Below, in pieces: positions 1 to 9,845 of a stretch of DNA of 18,248 bases. The notes beneath the pieces were generated by a model. It searched no databases. It saw only the letters and a program-made list of their open reading frames with translations, and was not told where the DNA came from. Source of the DNA: Octopus sinensis (Eukaryota); NCBI RefSeq assembly GCF_006345805.1, contig NW_021824543.1, positions 1-18,248 of the forward strand, given 5' to 3'. The translations under genes were made by a program, and so were the position numbers. Position 1 is the first letter of the stretch. Every line of letters begins with the position of its first letter.

Positions 1-36
1 ATAATATATCTGTGATCTTGCAGATAAGAATGATAA

Positions 37-121
37 AGAAGGAAGAAAGAGAAGAAGGAGAAGAAGAAGAAGAAGAAGAAAGAAGAAGAAGAAGAAGAAG
101 AAGAAGAAGAAAAGAAGAAGA

Positions 122-154
<33 letters not shown>
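37..154. repeat. (GAA)n / (GA)n microsatellite
   Basis: Directly visible purine tract of gaa and ga repeats. Confidence 0.95.
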
Positions 155-156
<2 letters not shown>

Positions 157-687
157 CCGCATATAAATATATGTATGTATGATGGAGAAGAACCAAAAGA
201 GAGAGCGCACGAAAGTTTGTATGCGAAGCAGAGAACGGAAGTGATTGCGAAAGCGCATATGTCTACGTGTGCAGATGTATGACAAATAGAATAACAACGA
301 AAGAGGGAGGAGAGAGAGAAGAGAGAGATAGAGAGAGAAGAGGAGAGAGAGGGAGAGGGCGAAGGGGGGAAAGCGGTGGAGCCAGAAATGTAATTAATGT
401 ATCTTTTATTGATTTATTTTGGTTGTTGATGTGTTGGTTTTTTTTCCCTTTTCATTTTTCTTTGTACAAAAATTATAATTATTTGCCGCTTATACTATGT
501 TCACGTTTAGATTTGATGTGTTAAATAAGAGTTTTCAAGATTTTCTTGCCGTATATTCTTTCATTTCTTAAATGCTTATAATTGGATAAAGCCATTAAGT
601 AACGGCCATGCTGGGGCACCGCCTTCAACCCCCGTAGTCGACTGGGAAATCAGGGGTTCTCAACCATATTTTACCTAAGAATCTTTG

Positions 688-1107
688 GGATCTTTTCGGT
701 TTGAACGGCAGTTTTTTTCTAGCGGTGTCATATGAAATTGTCACCCATAATTATGACCCTAGTATCGATCTATTGCATTTCAATCTGTTTTAGGGTTAGG
801 GTTAGGGGTGGGGGGAAGGGTGTCTTTTTTTCTTCAGAAATGTAAATAAACCCGATCTGTTTCTTAAACGGGGGACATATTCATACGGTACAGAATGATT
901 TTTACCTCAATAGACGTCATTGATTGGTTGAAATCGCAGAAATTGAAGAAAAAAAAAACAAATATCTCACAAACTATAGAATTTTCTCAATAAAGCCAAG
1001 AGTTAAAAAAATGTTTTATAAACACATTCTACCAGTATACGAAGTTTAAAATTTTTTAGTTACTTAGAAATTATTAAAAAAAACTGCCGGTCAAACCGAA
1101 AAGATCC
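688..1107. mobile_element. MITE with GGATC termini, ~30-bp TIRs and internal (TTAGGG)3
   Basis: Left end ggatcttttcggtttgaacggcagttttt; reverse complement of right end ggatcttttcggtttgaccggcagttttt. Its right ~200 bp is homologous to the arms of the 14201-14926 element. Possible degenerate TSD gaatcttt(g)/gaatcgta. Confidence 0.85.
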
Positions 1108-1115
1108 GAATCGTA

Positions 1116-1378
1116 TTCTTTTATTCTTTTAATTCTTTATTTGTTTCATTCATTTGACTGTGGCCATGCTGGAGTACCGCCTCAAATGTTTTTTTTTGTT
1201 TTTGTAGTCGAAGAAATCGACACCAGGACTTACTCTTTGTAAGCCTAGCATTTCTTCCACCGTCAGTTTTGCCAAACCGATAACTTACGGGGACGTAAAC
1301 ACACAAACATCGGTTGTCAAGCGATGGTGCAGGACAAACACAGATACAAAGAAATACACACATACACACACACACAAA
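1116..1378 (-). mobile_element. SINE B 3' module (5'-truncated)
   Basis: Reverse complement matches the 3' half of copies at 5888-6300 and 13796-14167 (gcttgacaaccgatg...ggcggtactccagcatggccacagtcaaatga...). Confidence 0.85.
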
Positions 1379-1396
1379 TTTTTTATAGATTTCTGT

Positions 1397-1764
1397 GCCC
1401 TTTTCAAGCCTAGCCAGGCTCATGGGCCCGGTTTCCTGGTTTCTATGGCGTATGTGTTCCCCCACCCCAGCTGGACGGGACGCCAGTCCATCGCAGCATT
1501 ACTCAAGAAACAGGAAGAAAGAGTGAGAGAAAGTTGGGGCGAAAGAGTACAAAATGGGTGACCACCACACCCTACCGGAGCCTCGTGGATACCCTCTCGA
1601 ATCAACTACACATGATACAGCGGAATATATCAAGGATGTAACAACTGGAAGGAGAGAGCGGGAAATTTCCATTTTCTGCTGAGTAGAAGGGGGCAGCATG
1701 AACACAACGCACAACAGGTTAAAGGATCATCAAGCCAATCCCATAACCATTCGGCCACCTGCCC
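1397..1764 (-). mobile_element. tRNA-derived SINE C
   Basis: Minus strand starts gggcaggTGGCCGAATGGtta (Pol III A-box-like). Its 3' part ctgcgatggactggcgtcccgtccagc...gaaaccgggcccatgagcc recurs at 18171-18248 and resembles, from memory, a conserved domain in other metazoan SINEs. B box is degenerate. Confidence 0.7.
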
Positions 1765-1824
1765 TGACTATCATGAATAACTAAACCAAAGCAAAAAATA
1801 GAGTAAAACAGGGAATTAGATATT

Positions 1825-3350
1825 TAATTCTTTATTGTTCACAAGGGGCAAAACATTGAGGGGACAAACAATGACAGACAAAGGTATTAAGTCAATTACA
1901 TCGACCCCAGTGTGTAACTGGTACTTATTTAATCGACCCCGAAAGGATGAAAGGCAAAGTCGACCTCGGCGGAATTTGAACTCAGAACGTAGCGGTAGAC
2001 GAAATACCTATTTCTTTACTACCCACAAAGTACTAAACACAGAGGGGACAAACAAGGACAGACAAAGGGATTTAAGTCGATTATATCGACCCCAGTGCGT
2101 AACTGGTACTTAATTTATCGACCCCGAGAGGATGAAAGGCAAAGTCGACCTCGGCGGAATTTGAACTCAGAACGTAGCGGCAGACGAAATACCTATTTCT
2201 TTACTACCCACAAAGTACTAAACACAGAGGGGACAAACAAGGACAGACAAAGGGATTTAAGTCAATTATTTCGACCCCAGTGTGTAACTGGTACTTATTT
2301 AATCGACCCCGAAAGGATGAAAGGCAAAGTCGACCTCGGCGGAATTTGAACTCAGAACGTAGCGGTAGACGAAATACCTATTTCTTTACTACCCACAAAG
2401 TACTAAATACAGAGGGGACAAACAAGGACAGACAAAGGGATTTAAGTCGATTATATCGACCCCAGTGCGTAACTGGTACTTATTTAATCGACCCCGAAAG
2501 GATGAAAGGCAAAGTCAACCTCGGTGGAATTTGAACTCAGAACCTAACGCCAGGCGAAATACCTATTTCTTTATTACCCACAAGGGGCTAAACACAGAGA
2601 GGACAAACAAGGACAGACAAAGGGATTTAAGTCGATTATATCGACCCCAGTGCGTAACTGGTACTTAATTTATCGACCCCGAAGGATGAAAGGCAAAGTC
2701 GACCTCGGTGGAATTTGAACTCAGAACCTAACGCCAGGCGAAATACCTATTTCTTTATTACACACAAGGGGCTAAACACAGAGAGGACAAACAAGGACAG
2801 ACAAAGGGATTTAAGTCGATTATATCGGCCCCAGTGCGTAACTGGTACTTAATTTATCGACCCCGAAAGGATGAAAGGCAAAGTCAACCTCGGTGGAATT
2901 TGAACTCAGAACCTAACGCCAGGCGAAATACCTATTTCTTTATTACCCACAAGGGGCTAAACACAGAGAGGACAAACAAGGACAGACAAAGGGATTTAAG
3001 TCGATTATATCGACCCCAGTGCGTAACTGGTACTTAATTTATCGACCCCGAAGGATGAAAGGCAAAGTCGACCTCGGTGGAATTTGAACTCAGAACCTAA
3101 CGCCAGGCGAAATACCTATTTCTTTATTACCCACAAGGGGCTAAACACAGAGAGGACAAACAAGGACAGACAAAGGGATTTAAGTCGATTATATCGACCC
3201 CAGTGCGTAACTGGTACTTAATTTATCGACCCCGAAAGGATGAAAGGCAAAGTCGACCTCGGTGGAATTTGAACTCATAACCTAACGGCAGGCGAAATGC
3301 CACTAAACATTTTGCCTGGCGTGCTAACGTTTCTGCCAGCTCGCCGCCTT
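1825..3350 (-). mobile_element. SINE A octamer: one 5' head plus 8 tandem 184-185 bp units, 17-bp TSD
   Basis: Unit starts at ~1825, 2009, 2194, 2379, 2564, 2748, 2933, 3117; head at ~3301-3350. TSD acagggaattagatatt at 1808-1824 and 3351-3367. Confidence 0.93.
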
Positions 3351-4062
3351 ACAGGGAATTAGATATTATAAATTTCTGTTTTATTATTAGCAGTTTTGCC
3401 AAATTAATTACTGTGTGTAGCTTCTGGAAATTAGAAAAAAATGCCATTACGCTGACTAAAATTCCCTCTGCTGTAACTGTACCAATACTTATACCTGTCA
3501 AATCCAAGAAAATTGCTACGCAAAAGAACTAGTCAAGCCCAATTGTATCGCACTTACTTATAGTGGCTTCACCACGATAAGATTTCATGAACACCCACGT
3601 TCATTTCGTAACTTTAATAGAAACCACAGTACTTTACCATCGTCTAATATTACGATTTCAAGTTTTCTAACTCACTTGTCAAAGCCAACTGGAAAATTCT
3701 GATATATACAATTATACTTCAGAATCAAATCGTATGCAATTCCCTAAACTCCAGATAAATAATAGGCACTCAAACATGCGAGATAAGTAGCTTCAATTCG
3801 CATAAGGTTTTTGCAATAGGTGAGGACGTGTACGCTGAGATATGACATAGATGCATATGTGTCTTCATAGATGTACATTCACGCATACGAAGCTACTCAC
3901 ACACAGACACTAAGATACGTACAGTTATGTATGTAGTATGTATATATACACATATATGTATGTACTTTTCTATGTGTGTATGTTAGTATATATACATACG
4001 TCCCTGAATATTTATATGTATTAAACTGTATCATAATATTGACTTCTTTTCGCCAGATTGCT

Positions 4063-4305
4063 CTACATGGTTGGCCATCTCCTTGGTTCAGTCCCACTGC
4101 GTGGCTTCTTGGGCAGGTGTCTTCTGCTATAGCCTCGCGCCGACCAAAACCGTGTGAGTGGATTTGATAGACGGAAACTGAAAGAAGCCCGTCGTATATT
4201 AGTATATATATATATATATATGTATGTATATGTGTGTGTGTGTATGTGTGTGTGTGTGTGTGTATGTTTGTGTGTCTGTGTTCGTCCCCCAACATCGCTT
4301 AACAT
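4063..4305 (+). mobile_element. SINE B, 5' module plus microsatellite, 3'-truncated
   Basis: ggttcagtcccactgcgtgg...ttgggcaggtgtcttctgctatagc...acggaaactgaaagaagcccgtcg, then a TA/TG run and the start of the 3' module. Confidence 0.85.
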
Positions 4306-4334
4306 GTCGTATATATGTATGTATATGTATGTGT

Positions 4335-4380
<46 letters not shown>

Positions 4381-4382
<2 letters not shown>

Positions 4383-4488
4383 TTGAAATTTACAGAAAAG
4401 CAAAAGACGAAGACAGGTGTATAAACACCAAGCAAGTGTATTAGTCTGACGCTGGTGAATGTGAGAAAGTCTTTTACGTTTGGACCGT

Positions 4489-4490
<2 letters not shown>
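4381..4490 (-). mobile_element. Penelope-like element 3' tail (family P1), truncated inside the hammerhead
   Basis: Minus strand ...aaacgtaaaagact...actaatacacttg...acctgtcttcgtcttttg is homologous to 9110-9200 (+) and ends at (CA)n. The PLE identity is inferred from the HHR relic and microsatellite context. Confidence 0.7.
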
Positions 4491-4523
<33 letters not shown>

Positions 4524-4734
4524 CATACATATATGTACATATACATACATAAGCACACACATATATATATATGTATACATGTATACATACATATATACAT
4601 ACATATATATACATACTTAAATACATATATATATATACATACATACATATATATATATACATACATACATATTTATATATACATACATACATATATATAA
4701 ATACATATACATACATACATATATATATATATAC

Positions 4735-4773
<39 letters not shown>

Positions 4774-4821
4774 TATATACATATATATATATACATAATA
4801 TACATATATATATACATATAT

Positions 4822-4873
<52 letters not shown>

Positions 4874-4880
4874 ATATATG
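4489..4880. repeat. Compound (CA)/(TA)/(TACA) microsatellite
   Basis: Directly visible; source of several spurious Y/I/H-rich ORFs. Confidence 0.95.
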
Positions 4881-5075
4881 TAAAAATGTGACCGCGTGTG
4901 TACCGTTGTCGATTTTTCCCCCTGTCTTCCCTTCTCTGGATCTTTCCTTCTCCTATCTTTCCAACGAAGAGCTCCGCTCGAAACGTTAAACCCTTCTTCT
5001 TTCCTGAGCGTCCAATAATATTATTTTTGTTCCACGTCCTCGTGTTGTGTTTTTTTTTTGCTTTCTTGTTTGGAT

Positions 5076-5080
<5 letters not shown>
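4881..5080 (+). mobile_element. Penelope-like element 3' tail (P1-related) with degenerate hammerhead at 4954-4990
   Basis: Shares tatcttt..cgaagagc..ctcgaaacgt..ttcctgagcg with 9084-9145; flanked by (TA)n on both sides. Confidence 0.65.
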
Positions 5081-5116
<36 letters not shown>

Positions 5117-5119
<3 letters not shown>

Positions 5120-5372
5120 ATGGCTTCACTTGGGAATAACGATAATAATATCCACTTGTTAGAACAGGATATGCTTATGATTTTAGAGAAAGAGGGAAAT
5201 ATTAATGAATGAATGACGAAGGGAGTAGGAAATACGCAATTAACTTCATTAGCTTTCTAACTCTTTCTCTTAAGAAAAGTTATATACTCAACTCTGAGTG
5301 TATTGCTTTTTATAGCCGAAACAGCTGTAAGGTAACGAAGTTGATTACGTTATTCCTGTTCCCTTTTTAGTC

Positions 5373-5375
<3 letters not shown>
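5117..5375 (+). mobile_element. Probable 5'-truncated Penelope-like 3' end with degenerate hammerhead half (GAAACAGCTGTA, 5318-5329)
   Basis: Lies between (TA)n and (TATC)n. The reading frame ends IHLLEQDMLMILEKEGNINE*, loosely like a PLE GIY-YIG C-terminus (recalled, weak). Palindromic stem III ACAGCTGT. Confidence 0.45.
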
Positions 5376-5376
<1 letters not shown>

Positions 5377-5416
<40 letters not shown>

Positions 5417-5438
5417 CCTACCTATCTATCTGTCTGTA

Positions 5439-5501
<63 letters not shown>

Positions 5502-5545
5502 ATATATATATATATATATTTATCTATCTAATCTATCTATCTCTG
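5377..5545. repeat. (TATC)n microsatellite with (TA)n
   Basis: Directly visible. Confidence 0.95.
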
Positions 5546-5613
5546 TTAAATAAAATGAGGCAACAAATCCAAGGCTGTGTAGAATCTTCAGGTCATTTAT
5601 AAAGAGAAAGTAA

Positions 5614-5661
5614 GTCTTACAGCTGTTTCTGGGATATTAGGGATACCCCTCCATCATAGAC
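5614..5661 (-). ncRNA. Degenerate type I hammerhead relic
   Basis: Minus strand: gtct-ATGATGG-aggggtatccctaatatccca-GAAACAGCTGTA-agac. Stem I gtct/agac, palindromic stem III ACAGCTGT, core deviates at C3 and A9. Confidence 0.5.
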
Positions 5662-5887
5662 GATGTGAAATGGTTACATAGAGAGAAATAGTAGAGTTCA
5701 ATATAAGGAGTTACTTTGGAAGAGAATGGAAATAAGAAGTGTAAAAGAAAATAAGAGCATAAAAGTAAAAATAAAAATATATGTAGGGCCTTACAGTAGT
5801 AGTTCCATTATTCAAGAAAGTTGTGTGTAGAAGTGATGGAAATGCTTCTTGACCTTGGTATGTAATTACGATAGGACTCACAAATAG

Positions 5888-6300
5888 GATGTGCGGTAAG
5901 TAGCTTGCTAACCAACTACATGGTTCCGGGTTCAGTCCCACTGCGTGGCATCTTGGGCAAGTGTCTTCTGCTATAGCCCCGGGCCGACCAATGCCCTGTA
6001 AGTGGATTTGGTAGACGGAAACTGAAAGAAGCCTGTCGTATATATGTATATATATATAAATATATATGTGTGTGTATGTGTGTGTTTTTGTGCGTGCGTG
6101 TTTGTCCCCCTAGCATTGATTGACAACCGATGCTGGTGTGTTTACGTCCCCGTCACTTAGCGGTTCGGCAAAAGAGTACGATAGAATAAATACTGGGCTT
6201 ACAAAGACTAAGTTCCGGGGTCGAGTTGCTCGACTAATGGCGGTGCTCCAGCATGGCCGCAGTCAAATGACTGAAACAAGTAAAAGAGTAAAAGAGAGAG
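5888..6300 (+). mobile_element. SINE B, near full length
   Basis: A-box-like tgtgcggtaag, B-box-like gggttcagtccc, CORE-like ttgggcaagtgtctt, internal TA/TG run, and 3' module ending aagtaaaagagtaaaaga. Confidence 0.9.
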
Positions 6301-6612
6301 AGACGTAGATTCCATGCGCTGTTCATCGAAAGGAATCTTGTGGTGTGAGGGAAATTTGGGGTCTTAGATGCTGACTTGTGTGCTTCAGATTCCATTGAAA
6401 ATAGTGAAGCCCTAAATGAGACATCTTCAGACTGAATAGCAAAGTAAGTCCAATACCGCACACTCACCTCCATCCTCATATAACTATCATTCCTTTCTCT
6501 CTTTCCATCACCTTCCTCTCATCCCTACAAAATACACACATAAATACCCACATAACTCAATCAACCTTTTCACTGGCCCAAAGGGATAAACAATCCTCAG
6601 TTAAACATCCAC

Positions 6613-6751
6613 TAATGTTATATCGCCTGATGAGATGAATCCTTGAATCGATGACCACGGATAGTACGGACTACACTGTAATCCTCACAGGAATATGGAC
6701 TGTGTTCCTAAGAGGCATGTGATTTGTGGAAACGCGCGTAGTGATGCATTA
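6613..6751 (+). ncRNA. Type I hammerhead ribozyme with ~95-nt stem II domain
   Basis: Stem I 6622-6626/6741-6745 plus 6613-6617/6747-6751; CTGATGA 6627-6633; stem II base 6635-6641/6721-6727; GAAA 6729-6732; palindromic stem III ACGCGCGT; GUA triplet with predicted cut after 6740. Position 10.1/11.1 is a G.G mismatch. Confidence 0.75.
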
Positions 6752-6799
6752 AAATGTTTATAAATTCCATCCAAAGATTATTTTTATTATTATTGTATA

Positions 6800-7500
<701 letters not shown>

Positions 7501-8218
7501 TATACACCAAAGAAAGGAATGAGAATTTGTTGATCGCCCATTAATTAACAAATGAAAAACAGAAATCAGTATACACGTTCACAATTACGCCCACACGTAC
7601 GCACATCCGCACCTACACATAAACCAAACACCTGCGTCTTAACCCACGCGCACGGAAACGACAAAATATCTACAAACTTACACGCAAACACAAATATAAG
7701 AATGCGAATGCATGCATACGTGTACGAGTTTGTATTTATGTGTATGAGTTCCTGTGTGCGTATAATGTGTGTCAGTGTGTCCTTAAGTATTATTTTTCCT
7801 AACATTGGTATACTTTAGATTCAGCAAAAATTTTTCATTCGCTTTTGTTTTCGTTGTTGTTGCTGCTTCTTTTATTGGTCCTTATTTTTTTAATTTTCGT
7901 TTTCGTTAAAAATTTCGAATTATAACAACGCAATTATTTTCACGAATGAGAAAACAGCGATAAGTTTATTTTGTTTTTTAATTAGCATTTCACTGCAATT
8001 CAATCTTTAATCAGAATCAGAGCAATACGAGAATCGTGAAAACTTAAATTATTAAATCTAAAAAAAAAAAAAAAGGAAAGCAGAACACGAATAGATTTTA
8101 GCAATGAAGTGACAGAGTGACAGATAGGTTCAAATATCCTGGTTCCGTTAGGATTTGAACTCGCAAGCTAGTTTAATATGCAGCTATGAATATTTATACC
8201 ATCTTTCATAATTATTTA

Positions 8219-8381
8219 GGCATGGCTGTGTGGTAAGAAGCTTACTTCCCAACCACATGGTTCCGGGTTCAGTTTCACTGCATGGTACCTTTGGCAAGTG
8301 TCTCCTAGTATAGCTTCAGGCCGAACAAAGCCATGAGTGGATTTGGTAGATGGAAACTGAAAGAAGCCCGTGATATAACTA

Positions 8382-8441
<60 letters not shown>

Positions 8442-8915
8442 ATATGTTTATGTATATATTTATGTGTGTGTGTCTGTATCTGTGATCGTCTCCCCACCAT
8501 CACTTGACAATCGGCGAGCTAGCAGAAACGTTAGCATGCCAGGCGAAATGCGTAGCTGTATTTCGTCTGCCGTTCGTTCTGAGTTCAAATTCCGCCGAGG
8601 TCGACTTTGCCTTTCATCTTTTCGGGGTTGATAAATTAAGTACCAGTTACGCACTGGGGTCGGTGTAATCGACTTAATCCGTTTGTCTGTCCTTGTTTGT
8701 CTCCTCTGTGTGTAGCCCCTTGTGGGTAATAAAGAAACGGATATTGATGTGTTTGCGTCCTCGTAACCTAGCGGTTCGGGGAAAGACACCGACAAAATAA
8801 GTACTATGCTTACAAAGAATATGTCCTGGGGTTGATTTGTTCGGCTAAAACCCTTTAAGGTGGTGCTCCAGCACGGCCGCAGTCAAATGACTGAAGCAAT
8901 TAAAAGAATAATAGA
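8219..8915 (+). mobile_element. SINE B interrupted by a nested SINE A
   Basis: 5' module 8219-8370, TA run, then the 3' module split at ttgacaat|...|cggatattgatgtgtttgcg. Confidence 0.88.
8513..8737 (+). mobile_element. SINE A monomer nested in SINE B
   Basis: Collinear with 7159-7390 from ggcgagct to aataaagaaa; no clear TSD. Confidence 0.9.
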
Positions 8916-9039
8916 ATATATATATATATGTATAAGGACACCTCTCCTACACGGATCAAAGTGACTTTGTTATTGATGTGAAATCCTTGAAATTCACCAC
9001 GACGTCTACACTTTTAACCTTGAACTTGTTCGTATAAAC

Positions 9040-9222
9040 TCATTTTTCTCTCCTTGTTTCTCTCCTTGTTTCTTTTCTGAGTATCTTTCTGTCGAAGAGC
9101 GTAGACTCGAAACGTAAAAGACTTGTTCTATTTCTATTCCTGAGCGCCATACTAATACATTTGTTTGTTTGTACTCCACCTGCCTTCGTCTTTTGTTTAT
9201 TTTCGTAAACCTTCCCGTTATA
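9040..9222 (+). mobile_element. Penelope-like element 3' tail (family P1)
   Basis: Homologous to 4381-4490 (-) and 4881-5080; carries a minimal HHR; ends in (TA)n. Confidence 0.7.
9084..9121 (+). ncRNA. Minimal type I hammerhead, A6->U variant
   Basis: tcttt-CTGTCGA-A-gag(cgtaga)ctc-GAAAC-GTA-aaaga. Stem I 5 bp, stem II 3 bp, zero-loop palindromic stem III ACGT. Confidence 0.65.
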
Positions 9223-9367
9223 TATATATATATATAATTTTAAATTAATAATAGAAGGGTAAAATTTATTGGTCAAATTAATTAATTAATTAATCATTTT
9301 ACCAAGTAGACCGGTACATTAAAATAACCTTTATAGGTAAAATTATCCACTTAATTATAATTAGGGT

Positions 9368-9472
9368 TCAGCTAATTGCTTCACCACATACCGAATTTAG
9401 ATTCTTATAGTAGCAGAAAAGGAATTTTAACTCCTATTTCTAAATTCGGTATGTGGTGAAGCTATTAGCTGA
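9368..9472. repeat. 34-bp inverted repeat (1 mismatch), 37-nt spacer
   Basis: tcagctaattgcttcaccacataccgaatttaga (9368-9401) versus 9439-9472. Confidence 0.92.
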
Positions 9473-9548
9473 GTCTGAAGAGTTAAGATTTACAAGTTGT
9501 TTAGATCAACACATGGTCTAACACTCTGTGCTTCTCGATTTAACAAAG

Positions 9549-9632
9549 GCGTCTCGCTGATGAAACAGGCCTTAGCAAACATATTCTGTCTGTTTTGCTA
9601 GAAAGGGGTAGAAACTGATCAGTCCGGGATGT
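9549..9632 (+). ncRNA. Type I hammerhead with extended stem II
   Basis: Stem I gcgtctcg/cgggatgt (8 bp, 3 GU); CTGATGA 9557-9563; stem II includes tagcaaaca/tgttttgcta; GAAA 9611-9614; perfect palindrome ACTGATCAGT; GUC triplet with predicted cut after 9624. Position 10.1/11.1 is an A.A mismatch. Confidence 0.78.
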
Positions 9633-9845
9633 ATCGTTAATGGTAAATGTTTTTGATTTTCACTCGCGATGAATTTATCCCTTTTTTGTGTCCCTAGCAC
9701 TTGGCATCCTTATTTAGGAGCCCTTAATTATATTTCTATATGAATAATATTTTTCTATATGAATAATATTTTGTCTAATGACTAATTCGTCCTTTGTGCT
9801 GGGCCACTGGTAGTAATCTATGTTATTACCCTTTTTTGATTATAA

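Noticed and set aside
180-400. Promoter-like patch with cggaagtg (ETS-like) and CpGs
   Set aside because: Single short motif in purine-rich low-complexity sequence; insufficient evidence.
651-665. caggggttctcaacc, resembling a hAT/Charlie terminus
   Set aside because: No matching opposite end or TSD found in the window.
1835-3037. Repeated 67-92 aa ORFs (MRNWYL...)
   Set aside because: Antisense translations of SINE A units; frameshifted between units; no recognisable domain.
1825-3350. Regularly spaced repeats that might be called a CRISPR array
   Set aside because: Whole units are near-identical with no unique spacers, the context is eukaryotic, and the units match dispersed SINE copies.
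3670-3691. Possible 13-nt minus-strand microexon (cag|ttggctttgacaa|gtgagt)
   Set aside because: Weak polypyrimidine tract, no partner exons, cannot be supported without RNA-seq.
3897-4817. Many ORFs rich in Y/I/H/T/C/V, also at 6790-7551, 12142-12384, 13269-13772, 16778-17299
   Set aside because: Stop-free frames generated by microsatellites.
6301-6440. Peptides ALFIERN and SIENSEALNE upstream of the 6613 hammerhead as a GIY-YIG remnant
   Set aside because: Short, interrupted by stops, and could be chance.
8140-8205. tRNA-Gln-like 3' end on minus strand (gagttcaaatcctaacggaacc)
   Set aside because: Only the T-arm/B-box region resembles a tRNA; no cloverleaf. At most a relic.
9475-9481. 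Additional CTGANGA motifs (9475 +; 5585, 6425, 12545, 12721 on -)
   Set aside because: No correctly placed GAAA-stem III-NUH partner or stem I pairing.
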